Positions 43,333-53,280 of a DNA stretch of 64,000 nucleotides are shown piece by piece. The position numbers and the translations under genes are program-made. The stretch's first letter is position 1; the number at the start of each line of letters is the position of its first letter. This DNA comes from Escherichia coli (GTDB lineage: Bacteria; Pseudomonadota; Gammaproteobacteria; Enterobacterales; Enterobacteriaceae): the NCBI RefSeq assembly GCF_016903815.1, contig NZ_CP069973.1. One strand, written 5' to 3'. A model generated the notes under the pieces. The model had not been told where the DNA came from. It saw only the letters and a list, made by a program, of their open reading frames with translations, and searched no databases.

Positions 43333-44772
43333 TTGCGCCAGCACCACTTGCCTGCTTCGACCGCGGATATGGCTGCCGCTCATCTGCATGCGATGGCGCT
43401 GGCACAGTTGCGCGGACATAAACTACCGTTACGCACTGACTGGCTGGATGCCATAGCAGGCTCGCTGATTAAAGAAGCCCTGAACGCGCCGTTGCCGTGG
43501 AGCTATCGCGGCGTTATTCATCCCGACACCGATCCGATTCTGCTAACGTTGATAGACACATTAGCGGGTGACGGATTCGGTAAACTTGCCCCTTCTACGC
43601 CACAACCGCCTCTGCCAAAAGATGTCACCTGCGAACTGGAACGTACCGCAATCTCTCTTCCGGCGGAGCTTACCTTAAATCGCTTTAACCCCAATGGACT
43701 AGCGCAAAGTCAGGTGTTACATCGGCTGGCAATACTGGAGATCCCAGGGATTGTACGCCAGCAGGGAAGCACACTGACACTTGCAGGCAACGGTGAAGAA
43801 CAGTGGAAATTAACCCGCCCGCTTAGCCAGCATGCGGCATTGATTGAGGCCGCCTGCTTTGGTGCCACACTCCAGGAAGCCGCACGCCATAAATTAGAAG
43901 CCGATATGCTGGACGCGGGTGGAATCGGCAGTATCACCACATGTCTTAGCCAGGCGGCGTTAGCGGGTCTGGCGTCCTTCAGTCAACAATTATTGGAGCA
44001 ACTCACATTATTAATCGCCCAGGAAAATCAATTTGCCGAAATGGGCCAGGCGCTGGAAGTGCTATATGCCTTATGGCGGCTGGATGAAATTAGCGGTATG
44101 CAAGGCGCGCAGATATTACAAACGACGTTATGCGCGGCTATCGATCGCACGCTGTGGCTGTGTGAATCTAACGGCAGACCAGATGAAAAGGAGTTTCACG
44201 CTCACCTGCATAGCTGGCAGGCGCTTTGCCATATCCTGCGCGATCTACATAGCGGCGTTAATTTACCCGGCGTTTCTCTTTCTGCGGCGGTAGCCTTACT
44301 GGACCGCCGCAGTCAAGCGATTCATGCCCCGGCGCTGGATCGCGGCGCGGCTCTTGGCGCACTGATGCGTCTGGAACATCCCAACGCCAGTGCCGAAGCG
44401 GCGCTGACAATGCTGGCGCAGTTATCCCCGGCACAATCCGGCGAAGCGCTGCACGGTTTGCTGGCGCTGGCCCGCCATCAACTGGCCTGTCAGCCGGCAT
44501 TTATCGCCGGTTTCAGTAGTCATTTAAATCAACTGAGTGACGACGATTTTATTAACGCCCTGCCCGATTTACGCGCGGCGATGGCCTGGCTACCACCACG
44601 AGAACGCGGGACGCTGGCGCATCAGGTGCTTGAGCATTATCAACTGGCGCAACTTCCCGTTTCGGCACTGCAAATGCCGTTGCATTGTCCACCACAAGCC
44701 ATTGCACATCATCAACAACTCGAACAGCAGGCACTGGCATCGCTGCAACACTGGGGAGTTTTCCATGTCTGA
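43333..44772 (+). CDS. Ala/Leu-rich protein, start uncertain (TTG 43333 or ATG 43369); same frame as upstream paralog
   Basis: 479-aa ORF unrelated to the MolR C-terminal domain; overlaps yehP start by 8 nt. May correspond to the C-terminal part of K-12 yehM (recollection, unverified). Confidence 0.5.
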   Translation: MRQHHLPASTADMAAAHLHAMALAQLRGHKLPLRTDWLDAIAGSLIKEALNAPLPWSYRGVIHPDTDPILLTLIDTLAGDGFGKLAPSTPQPPLPKDVTCELERTAISLPAELTLNRFNPNGLAQSQVLHRLAILEIPGIVRQQGSTLTLAGNGEEQWKLTRPLSQHAALIEAACFGATLQEAARHKLEADMLDAGGIGSITTCLSQAALAGLASFSQQLLEQLTLLIAQENQFAEMGQALEVLYALWRLDEISGMQGAQILQTTLCAAIDRTLWLCESNGRPDEKEFHAHLHSWQALCHILRDLHSGVNLPGVSLSAAVALLDRRSQAIHAPALDRGAALGALMRLEHPNASAEAALTMLAQLSPAQSGEALHGLLALARHQLACQPAFIAGFSSHLNQLSDDDFINALPDLRAAMAWLPPRERGTLAHQVLEHYQLAQLPVSALQMPLHCPPQAIAHHQQLEQQALASLQHWGVFHV

Positions 44773-45901
44773 ACTGAACGATCTTCTGACCACCCGTGAG
44801 CTACAACGCTGGCGATTAATTCTTGGCGAAGCGGCAGAAACGACGCTTTGTGGGCTGGATGACAACGCCCGGCAGATAGACCACGCGCTGGAGTGGCTGT
44901 ATGGGCGCGATCCTGAACGGCTCCAGCGTGGTGAACGCTCCGGTGGATTAGGTTGCTCAAATCTCACCACCCCTGAGTGGATCAACAGTATTCACACGCT
45001 GTTTCCGCAACAGGTGATTGAACGGCTGGAAAGCGATGCCGTACTGCGCTACGGCATTGAAGATGTGGTGACGAATCTCGACGTGCTGGAACGTATGCAG
45101 CCTTCTGAAAGCCTGCTACGCGCCGTTTTGCACACCAAACATCTGATGAATCCCGAAGTACTGGCTGCCGCCCGCCGGATAGTACGCCAGGTTGTTGAAG
45201 AAATTATGGCGCGACTGGCAAAGGAAGTTCGTCAGGCTTTTTCTGGTGTCCGCGATCGCCGTCGCCGCTCATTTATTCCACTGGCGCGAAACTTTGATTT
45301 CAAAAGTACGCTGCGCGCCAACCTGCAACACTGGCACCCGCAACACGGCAAGTTGTATATCGAATCCCCCCGCTTTAACAGCCGCATTAAACGCCAAAGC
45401 GAACAATGGCAACTGGTCTTACTGGTTGATCAAAGCGGATCAATGGTGGACTCGGTGATCCACTCAGCGGTGATGGCGGCCTGTTTATGGCAGTTACCCG
45501 GTATTCGTACCCATCTGGTGGCGTTTGACACCAGCGTGGTTGATCTCACGGCAGATGTTGCCGATCCGGTAGAGTTATTAATGAAAGTGCAATTAGGCGG
45601 CGGAACCAATATCGCCAGTGCCATGGAATATGGTCGGCAACTTATTGAACAACCAGTGAAAAGCGTCATTATCCTCGTGAGCGATTTTTACGAAGGGGGT
45701 TCATCATCATTACTGACGCATCAGGTGAAAAAGTGTGTCCAGAGCGGCATCAAAGTGCTGGGACTGGCGGCGCTCGATAGCACCGCAACACCTTGCTATG
45801 ACCACGATACGGCCCAGGCGCTGGTTAATGTCGGCGCACAAATAGCCGCCATGACACCGGGCGAGCTGGCATCATGGCTTGCGGAGAATCTTCAGTCATG
45901 A
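44765..45901 (+). CDS. yehP: von Willebrand factor A domain protein
   Basis: 378 aa from MSELNDLL; MIDAS-like DQSGSM...GGTN...SDF. Confidence 0.8.
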   Translation: MSELNDLLTTRELQRWRLILGEAAETTLCGLDDNARQIDHALEWLYGRDPERLQRGERSGGLGCSNLTTPEWINSIHTLFPQQVIERLESDAVLRYGIEDVVTNLDVLERMQPSESLLRAVLHTKHLMNPEVLAAARRIVRQVVEEIMARLAKEVRQAFSGVRDRRRRSFIPLARNFDFKSTLRANLQHWHPQHGKLYIESPRFNSRIKRQSEQWQLVLLVDQSGSMVDSVIHSAVMAACLWQLPGIRTHLVAFDTSVVDLTADVADPVELLMKVQLGGGTNIASAMEYGRQLIEQPVKSVIILVSDFYEGGSSSLLTHQVKKCVQSGIKVLGLAALDSTATPCYDHDTAQALVNVGAQIAAMTPGELASWLAENLQS

Positions 45902-47898
45902 ATTCACTACGTCCGGAATTATTAGAACTGACACCACAAGCTTTGACGGCGTTAAGCAATGCCGGTTTTGTTAAGCGCAGCCTTAAAGAACTGGAAAATG
46001 GCAACGTCCCGGAAATCAGCCATGAGAACGGCGCTTTAATCGCCACCTTCAGTGACGGTGTCCGCACCCAGCTGGCGAACGGTCAGGCACTGAAAGAGGC
46101 TCAGTGCAGCTGCGGGGCCAGCGGCATGTGCCGCCATCGCGTGATGCTGGTTTTAAGTTATCAGCGACTTTGCGCCACCACCCAGCCTACGGAAAAAGAA
46201 GAAGAGTGGGATCCGGCAATCTGGCTGGAAGAACTGGCTACCCTGCCCGATGCCACCCGCAAACGCGCGCAGGCACTGGTCGCTAAAGGTATCACCATTG
46301 AGTTGTTCTGTACGCCGGGCGAAATTCCCTCTGCCCGCTTACCGATGAGCGATGTACGTTTTTATTCCCGCAGCAGCATTCGTTTCGCACGCTGTGATTG
46401 TATTGAAGGAACACTTTGCGAACATGTCGTACTGGCAGTACAGGCCTTTGTCCAGGCCAAAGCGCAGCAAGCGGAATTTACTCATTTAATCTGGCAGATG
46501 CGCAGCGAACACGTCACATCATCTGACGATCCGTTTGCCAACGATGAGGGCGACGCGTGTCGTCAATATGTTCAGCAATTAAGCCAGGCGTTATGGCTTG
46601 GCGGCATCAGCCAGCCGCTTATTCATTACGAGGCTGCTTTCAGCCGCGCGCAGCAAGCGGCGGAACGCTGCAACTGGCGATGGGTGAGTGAATCGCTACG
46701 GCAACTGCGCGCCAGCGTTGATGCCTTCCACGCCCGCGCCAGCCACTATCATGCCGGAGAATGCTTACGTCAGCTTGCGGCATTAAACAGTCGATTAAAT
46801 TGCGCACAAGAGATGGCGCGGCGCGACAGTGTTGGTGAAGTTCCTCCGATGCCGTGGCGCACGGTCGTTGGCGCTGGCATTGCCGGAGAAGCAAAGCTTG
46901 ATCATCTGCGGCTGGTGTCTTTAGGTATGCGTTGCTGGCAGGATATTGAGCAGTATGGTTTACGCATCTGGTTCACCGATCCCGACACCGGCAGTATTTT
47001 GCACCTTTCGCGCAGTTGGCCGCGAAGTGAACAGGAAAACTCACCGGCAGCGACGCGTCGGCTATTTAGTTTTCAGGCTGGCGCACTGGCAGGTGGGCAA
47101 ATTGTTTCACAAGCAGCAAAACGCAGTGCCGATGGCGAGCTGTTGTTAGCTACCCGCAACCGCTTGAGTAGTGTTGTGCCGCTGTCGCCAGACGCCTGGC
47201 AAATGTTGAGCGCGCCATTGCGCCAGCCGGGCATTGTGGCTTTGCGGGAATATTTACGCCAGCGTCCCCCCGCCTGCATACGGCCTCTTAATCAGGTGGA
47301 TAACTTATTTATTCTGCCAGTCGCTGAGTGTATTTCACTCGGTTGGGATAGCAGCCGCCAGACGCTGGATGCGGAGGTAATCAGCGGCGAAGGTGAAGAT
47401 AACGTGCTGACATTATCCCTACCAGCCTCTGCCTGTTCGCCCTTTGCTGTTGAACGCATGGCAGCTCTGTTACAACAAACAGAGGACCCCGTGAGTATGG
47501 TTTCTGGCTTTGTCAGTTTTGTAGAGGGGCAATTGACACTGGAACCACAGGTAATGATGACAAAGACTCGTGCCTGGGCTCTGGACGCAGAAACTACGCC
47601 TGTGGCACCGCTACCTTCTGCCAGCGTTTTGCCTGTGCCGTCTACCGCTCATCAGTTGCTGATGCGCTGCCAGGCGTTACTTATTCAACTGCTCCATAAC
47701 GGCTGGCGCTATCAGGAACAGAGTGCTATTGGTCAGGCAGAGTTGCTGGCGAATGACCTCACCGCGGTGGGTTTTTATCGGCTGGCACATGTGTTGGCAC
47801 AATTTCGTAATACAGAAAGCGAGGCACGGGTAGAAGCAATGAATAACGGTGTTTTGCTTTGCGAACAATTATTCCCCATGCTTCAGCAACAAGGATGA
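45898..47898 (+). CDS. yehQ: SWIM zinc-finger protein, two SWIM motifs
   Basis: ATGA overlap with yehP; CSCGASGMCRHRV and CDCIEGTLCEHVV are both CxCx(n)CxH. Confidence 0.8.
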   Translation: MNSLRPELLELTPQALTALSNAGFVKRSLKELENGNVPEISHENGALIATFSDGVRTQLANGQALKEAQCSCGASGMCRHRVMLVLSYQRLCATTQPTEKEEEWDPAIWLEELATLPDATRKRAQALVAKGITIELFCTPGEIPSARLPMSDVRFYSRSSIRFARCDCIEGTLCEHVVLAVQAFVQAKAQQAEFTHLIWQMRSEHVTSSDDPFANDEGDACRQYVQQLSQALWLGGISQPLIHYEAAFSRAQQAAERCNWRWVSESLRQLRASVDAFHARASHYHAGECLRQLAALNSRLNCAQEMARRDSVGEVPPMPWRTVVGAGIAGEAKLDHLRLVSLGMRCWQDIEQYGLRIWFTDPDTGSILHLSRSWPRSEQENSPAATRRLFSFQAGALAGGQIVSQAAKRSADGELLLATRNRLSSVVPLSPDAWQMLSAPLRQPGIVALREYLRQRPPACIRPLNQVDNLFILPVAECISLGWDSSRQTLDAEVISGEGEDNVLTLSLPASACSPFAVERMAALLQQTEDPVSMVSGFVSFVEGQLTLEPQVMMTKTRAWALDAETTPVAPLPSASVLPVPSTAHQLLMRCQALLIQLLHNGWRYQEQSAIGQAELLANDLTAVGFYRLAHVLAQFRNTESEARVEAMNNGVLLCEQLFPMLQQQG

Positions 47899-47975
47899 AA
47901 TAGTGTTTTTTACTAAGAGTTCCACTCCAGTTCCGGACTGCTCACGCCACGGTATTAGGCATATCCTATATAGCC

Positions 47976-47999
47976 CCTGGTGAGAGTCACCAGTTTCTT
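47976..47999 (+). terminator. Intrinsic terminator after yehQ
   Basis: Hairpin CTGGTGA-GAG-TCACCAG followed by TTTCTTG. Confidence 0.5.
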
Positions 48000-48022
48000 G
48001 ATTAAATAAAATGGAGTTTTAC

Positions 48023-48484
48023 ATGAAGGCTTTCAATAAGCTGTTTTCCCTCGTTGTTGCATCTGTTCTGGTTTTCTCTCTTGCTGGCTGCGGTGACAAA
48101 GAAGAATCGAAAAAATTCAGCGCCAATCTGAACGGTACTGAAATTGCCATTACCTATGTCTACAAAGGTGACAAGGTGCTTAAGCAATCTTCTGAAACCA
48201 AAATTCAATTTGCCTCCATTGGTGCAACCACCAAAGAAGACGCTGCCAAGACACTTGAGCCGTTAAGCGCCAAATACAAAAACATCGCGGGTGTTGAAGA
48301 AAAATTAACCTATACCGATACTTACGCGCAGGAAAACGTGACTATCGATATGGAAAAAGTGGATTTCAAAGCCCTGCAGGGTATTTCAGGAATCAACGTT
48401 TCTGCTGAAGATGCCAAAAAAGGTATCACTATGGCGCAAATGGAACTGGTGATGAAAGCCGCTGGTTTTAAAGAAGTGAAATAA
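48023..48484 (+). CDS. yehR: Lipoprotein YehR
   Basis: MKAFNKLFSLVVASVLVFSLAGC lipobox. Confidence 0.8.
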   Translation: MKAFNKLFSLVVASVLVFSLAGCGDKEESKKFSANLNGTEIAITYVYKGDKVLKQSSETKIQFASIGATTKEDAAKTLEPLSAKYKNIAGVEEKLTYTDTYAQENVTIDMEKVDFKALQGISGINVSAEDAKKGITMAQMELVMKAAGFKEVK

Positions 48485-48490
48485 TCTGTC

Positions 48491-48516
48491 GGCGGCCATG
48501 TTTTTGCATGGCCGCC
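48491..48516. terminator. Hairpin between convergent yehR and yehS
   Basis: GGCGGCCATG/CATGGCCGCC 10-bp stem; no strong T-tract. Confidence 0.35.
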
Positions 48517-48525
48517 ATACCCGTC

Positions 48526-48996
48526 TTAGCTTTTCTTCACATGCTGGCGCGCTGCCAGTCCACGCAGAAAATAACGTAAAAATTGATCGCCGCATTCGCG
48601 GAAGTTTTTATGATCCGGTGCACGCATCATCGCCGTAATTTCCGGCATCGAAACGCGGAACTGCTGTTCGGTAAGGATCGCCAGAATGTCATCGGTTTTC
48701 AGCGAAAACGCGATGCGTAATTTTTTCAGCACGATGTTGTTATTAATGCGACGTTCCGGCTCCAGTGCCGGAGCAGACTCATCCTTGCCGCGTTTTTCAT
48801 AAATCAGGCCATTGAGGAAGGAAGACAAAACAATGTCCGGACAACGCTGAAAACCCTCTTCGTCTTCTTTACGTAGCCAGACGGCGATCTGTTCCGCGGT
48901 GGCTTCGACATTACCCAGCGCCAGAATACGCACCAGGTCATTATTATTGGCTTTCAAAATGTAGCGCACGCTGCGCAGAATATCGTTACTTAGCAT
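48526..48996 (-). CDS. yehS: DUF1456-family protein YehS
   Basis: 156 aa from MLSNDILRSV; position before btsR. Confidence 0.75.
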   Translation of the reverse strand: MLSNDILRSVRYILKANNNDLVRILALGNVEATAEQIAVWLRKEDEEGFQRCPDIVLSSFLNGLIYEKRGKDESAPALEPERRINNNIVLKKLRIAFSLKTDDILAILTEQQFRVSMPEITAMMRAPDHKNFRECGDQFLRYFLRGLAARQHVKKS

Positions 48997-49042
48997 GAGG
49001 CCTTCAGGTGTTGATGAGGCAAAAAGCCATTTTAGCAGTCTT

Positions 49043-49762
49043 TTAAAGGCCAATCGCCTCTTTTAAGCTTTTCAGATAACGGCGGCTGACCGGCACGGTT
49101 AAGCCATTACGCAAAATCAACTCGGCCTGGCCGTTATCTTCCAGACGAATCTCCTGTAAATGCGCGAGGTTAACCAGATACTGACGATGGCAGCGCAGTA
49201 GTGGTGTACGACTTTCCAGGGTACGTAATGTCAATTCGGTAAAGCCCTCTTTCCCTTCGTGGCTGGTAACGTAGACACCGCTCATCCGACTGCTGACAAA
49301 TGCCACATCTTTCATTTGCAGCAAATAAATCCGACTATGCCCCGTACAAGGGATAAACTTCAGCGCCTGTTGATTTTCCGGTAACAGCGAAACATCCTGC
49401 TTGCTGCGCTCCTGACGCAATCGCGCCAGCGTTTTTTCCAGTCGCGCTTCATCAATTGGCTTCAGCAGATAATCAAAGGCATGTTCTTCAAAGGCTTTAA
49501 TAGCGTATTCGTCAAACGCGGTGAGAAAAACGATATACGGTCGATGTTCGGGGTCGAGCATCCCCACCATTTCCAGACCACTGATGCGCGGCATCTGGAT
49601 ATCGAGAAACAGCACATCCGGGCGCAGTTTATGCACCGCGCCGATCCCTTCTACGGCGTTTGAACACTCTCCAACGATTTCAATATCGCTCTGCTCCTGC
49701 AAAAATACGCGCAGGTTCTCCCGTGCAAGCGGTTCATCATCGACAATTAAGACTTTAATCAT
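49043..49762 (-). CDS. btsR: LytTR-family response regulator
   Basis: 239 aa from [16 protein letters not shown]; receiver domain plus LytTR. Confidence 0.9.
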
Positions 49763-51444
49763 GCCTCGTCCCTCCATGGTAGTCGTAACGTTATTCGGGT
49801 GTAACAATCAGGCTCACAGGCGACGCTTATCCCATAGTCATCGCCAAACCGTTCACGTAAACGCTTATCCACCAGATTCATCCCCAGCCCACTGGCATTG
49901 GTTACCGGTTGATACAAACCGGCATTGTCTTCGATCTCCAGCATCAAATGTTGCCCCTCACGTCGGGCGCTGATCGCCACTCGCCCTGTATCCAGCAGTT
50001 GTGATGTCCCATGTTTAATGGCGTTTTCCACTATCGGTTGCAGGGTAAACGCGGGCAATTGCTGCTGGGATAATTCTTGCGGAATAGCAATATTGACCTG
50101 CAACCGCGACTGGAAGCGCGCCTTTTCAATTTGCAGATAAGCGTTCACATGTTCAATTTCGTCGGCGAGAGTAACAAACTCCGAAGGCCGCTTTAAGTTT
50201 TTGCGGAAAAAAGTGGAAAGATACTGCACCAGCTGGCTGGCCTGTTCGCTGTCGCGGCGGATCACCGCTTTAATGGTGTTAAGCGCATTAAACAAAAAAT
50301 GGGGGTTCACCTGGGCGTGAAGCAGTTTGATCTCTGACTGGGTGAGCATCGCTTTTTGCCGCTCATATTGCCCGGCGAGGATCTGCGCCGAAAGCAGTTG
50401 CGCAATCCCCTCACCCAGCGTGCGATTGATTGAACTGAATAAACGGTTTTTGGCTTCATACAATTTGATGGTACCCATCACCCGCTGATTTTCACCACGC
50501 AACGGAATTACCAGCGTCGACCCCAGTTTGCATTGCGGATGCAAAGAGCAACGATAAGGTACTTCGTTGCCATCAGCGTAGACCACTTCACCGGTTTCAA
50601 TCGCTTTTAAGGTGTAAGTCGAAGAAATCGGTTTGCCGGGTAAATGGTGATCGTCACCAATTCCGGTAAAGGCCAGCAATTTCTCTCGATCGGTAATCGC
50701 GACTGCACCAATATCCAGCTCCTGATACAGCACCTGTGCCACTTTCATGCTGTTCACTTCGTTAAACCCCTGGCGCAAAATGCCTTCCGTCGAGGCAGCC
50801 ACTTTTAGCGCAGTGGCAGAAAAAGCCGAAGTGTATTTTTCAAACATCGCGCGTTTATCGAGCAATATACGCATAAACAGCGCCGCGCCGACGGTATTGG
50901 TGACCATCATTGGCGCAGCAATATTACTCACCAGACGCACCGCATCTTCATAAGGTCGGGCGATTGCCAGGATGATCAACATTTGCACCATTTCAGCGAC
51001 GAACGTGACGGCACCGGCGGTAATGGGGTTAAAGACTTTATCAGTGCGCCCGCGACGGATCAGGATGCTGTGTACCAGGCCGCCGAGCAACCCTTCAACG
51101 ATGGTCGAGATCATGCAACTTAGCGCGGTCATGCCCCCCATCGAATATCGATGTAACCCGCCGGTCAGACCAACCAGCCCACCGACGACCGGACCGCCGA
51201 GTAAGCCGCCCATTACCGCGCCTATCGCACGGGTATTGGCAATAGAATCGTCAATGTGCAACCCAAACCAGGTGCCCATGATGCAGAAGATGGAAAAGAC
51301 GATGTAGCAGAGAAATTTATGCGGCAGACGAACCGTGACCTGCATTAACGGTATGAATAATGGCGTTTTACTCATTAACCACGCAATGACTAAAAAAACG
51401 CACATCTGCTGAAGCAGCAGCAACACCAGATTAAAATCGTACAT
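49759..51444 (-). CDS. btsS: LytS-type sensor histidine kinase
   Basis: 561 aa from MYDFNLV; stop overlaps btsR start. Confidence 0.9.
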
Positions 51445-51665
51445 ACCCGCAAACCACACTTCCCTTTAAAACGCGTAACATACATTGCCTGCGTTTAACT
51501 TTCTTTGAACTCTTGCAGAAAAATGAGAATTCGTGAGTACGATCACTCAAAATCGCCTGGCAAAAATAAAATCACCCTATAGATGCACAAAAAACGGGCA
51601 AAACTACCTGGTTCGCAAAACTGCGTCTAAAGTTAAACCGGGACCTCGCGAGCAAGGGTGAGACG

Positions 51666-52397
51666 ATGGCGCTTTACACAATTGGTGAAGTGGCGTTGCT
51701 TTGTGATATTAACCCTGTCACGTTACGCGCGTGGCAGAGGCGTTACGGATTGCTGAAACCGCAACGGACAGACGGCGGCCATCGGCTGTTCAACGATGCC
51801 GATATTGACCGGATCCGCGAGATCAAACGCTGGATCGACAACGGCGTGCAGGTCAGCAAAGTTAAAATGCTGCTCAGTAATGAAAATGTTGATGTGCAGA
51901 ACGGCTGGCGCGATCAGCAAGAAACATTACTGACTTACCTGCAAAGCGGCAATCTGCATAGCCTGCGAACGTGGATCAAAGAGCGCGGTCAGGATTACCC
52001 CGCCCAGACGCTCACCACACATCTGTTTATTCCTCTGCGCCGACGACTTCAGTGCCAACAACCGACTCTCCAGGCGCTGCTGGCGATCCTCGACGGCGTA
52101 CTGATCAACTACATCGCCATTTGCCTGGCTTCGGCACGTAAAAAACAGGGTAAAGATGCGCTGGTGGTTGGCTGGAATATTCACGATACCACCCGTCTGT
52201 GGCTGGAGGGCTGGATTGCCAGTCAACAAGGATGGCGCATTGATGTCCTCGCCCACTCGCTCAATCAACTACGCCCTGAACTGTTCGAAGGCCGTACATT
52301 GCTGGTGTGGTGCGGTGAAAATCGAACCTCCGCCCAACAGCAGCAACTCACCAGTTGGCAGGAACAAGGCCATGATATTTTCCCACTCGGCATTTAA
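51666..52397 (+). CDS. mlrA: MerR-family regulator MlrA
   Basis: 243 aa, N-terminal MerR HTH YTIGEVALLCDINPVTLRAWQRRYGL. Confidence 0.9.
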   Translation: MALYTIGEVALLCDINPVTLRAWQRRYGLLKPQRTDGGHRLFNDADIDRIREIKRWIDNGVQVSKVKMLLSNENVDVQNGWRDQQETLLTYLQSGNLHSLRTWIKERGQDYPAQTLTTHLFIPLRRRLQCQQPTLQALLAILDGVLINYIAICLASARKKQGKDALVVGWNIHDTTRLWLEGWIASQQGWRIDVLAHSLNQLRPELFEGRTLLVWCGENRTSAQQQQLTSWQEQGHDIFPLGI

Positions 52398-52456
52398 TCA
52401 TTCGTTAACAAATGCGCTTTACTGTACAATCCTTTCGTTAACATAAGGAGTGCATC

Positions 52457-52564
52457 ATGCGCATAGCTAAAATTGGGGTCATCGCCCTGTTCCTGTTTAT
52501 GGCGTTAGGCGGAATTGGTGGCGTCATGCTCGCAGGTTATACCTTTATTTTGCGTGCTGGCTAA
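52457..52564 (+). CDS. yohO: Small membrane protein (35 aa)
   Basis: [35 protein letters not shown] with GGAG RBS; below ORF-track cutoff. Confidence 0.55.
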
Positions 52565-53276
52565 GCGCCTGCACCAGCCTTTCAAACAGGCGGTCTGCAA
52601 TGATCGCCGCCAGTGCCACCAGTAACGCCCCCTGGATCACATACGCGGTATTAAATCCGCTAAGCCCGATGATGATGGGCGTACCCAGCGTGCTGGCCCC
52701 TACCGTTGAGGCGATCGTCGCCGTACCAATGTTGATAATCACCGAAGTTCGCACGCCCGCCAGAATCACCGGAGCCGCCAGCGGTAGCTCGACCTTACGC
52801 AGTCGCTGACCACGGCTCATTCCCATACCTTTCGCAACTTCTGTCACGCTGACATCAATCGCTCCCAGCCCGGCAAGTGTCGCCTGCAGGACGGGCAGCA
52901 CGCCGTAAAGGATCAAGGCGATAATCGCGGGTTGCAGACCAAAGCCGATCACCGGAACGGCAATCGCCAGCACCGCAACGGGCGGAAAAGTCTGCCCAAC
53001 GGCGGCAATAGTTTCCACCAGTGGGCGAAATTCCGCGCCCCACGGGCGAGTAACAATAATTCCGGCACCAGTACCAATGATCACCGCAAACAAACTCGAA
53101 ATTCCCACCAGCCAGAAATGAGCCAGTGCCAGAGCTGCAAAGCTTTCCTGCTGATAAACGGGTCGTGGCAGTTGTGGGAACAAGGCAGCAAACAGCGGCT
53201 GGCTGTAAGGCAGCCAGAAAAGCAGTGCCACAAACAAAGCAATGAGCCAGAACAGCGGATCGCGCAACATCTTCAT
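52545..53276 (-). CDS. yehW: Osmoprotectant ABC permease
   Basis: 243-aa ABC permease in yehZYXW operon. Confidence 0.9.
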
Positions 53277-53280
53277 ACGC

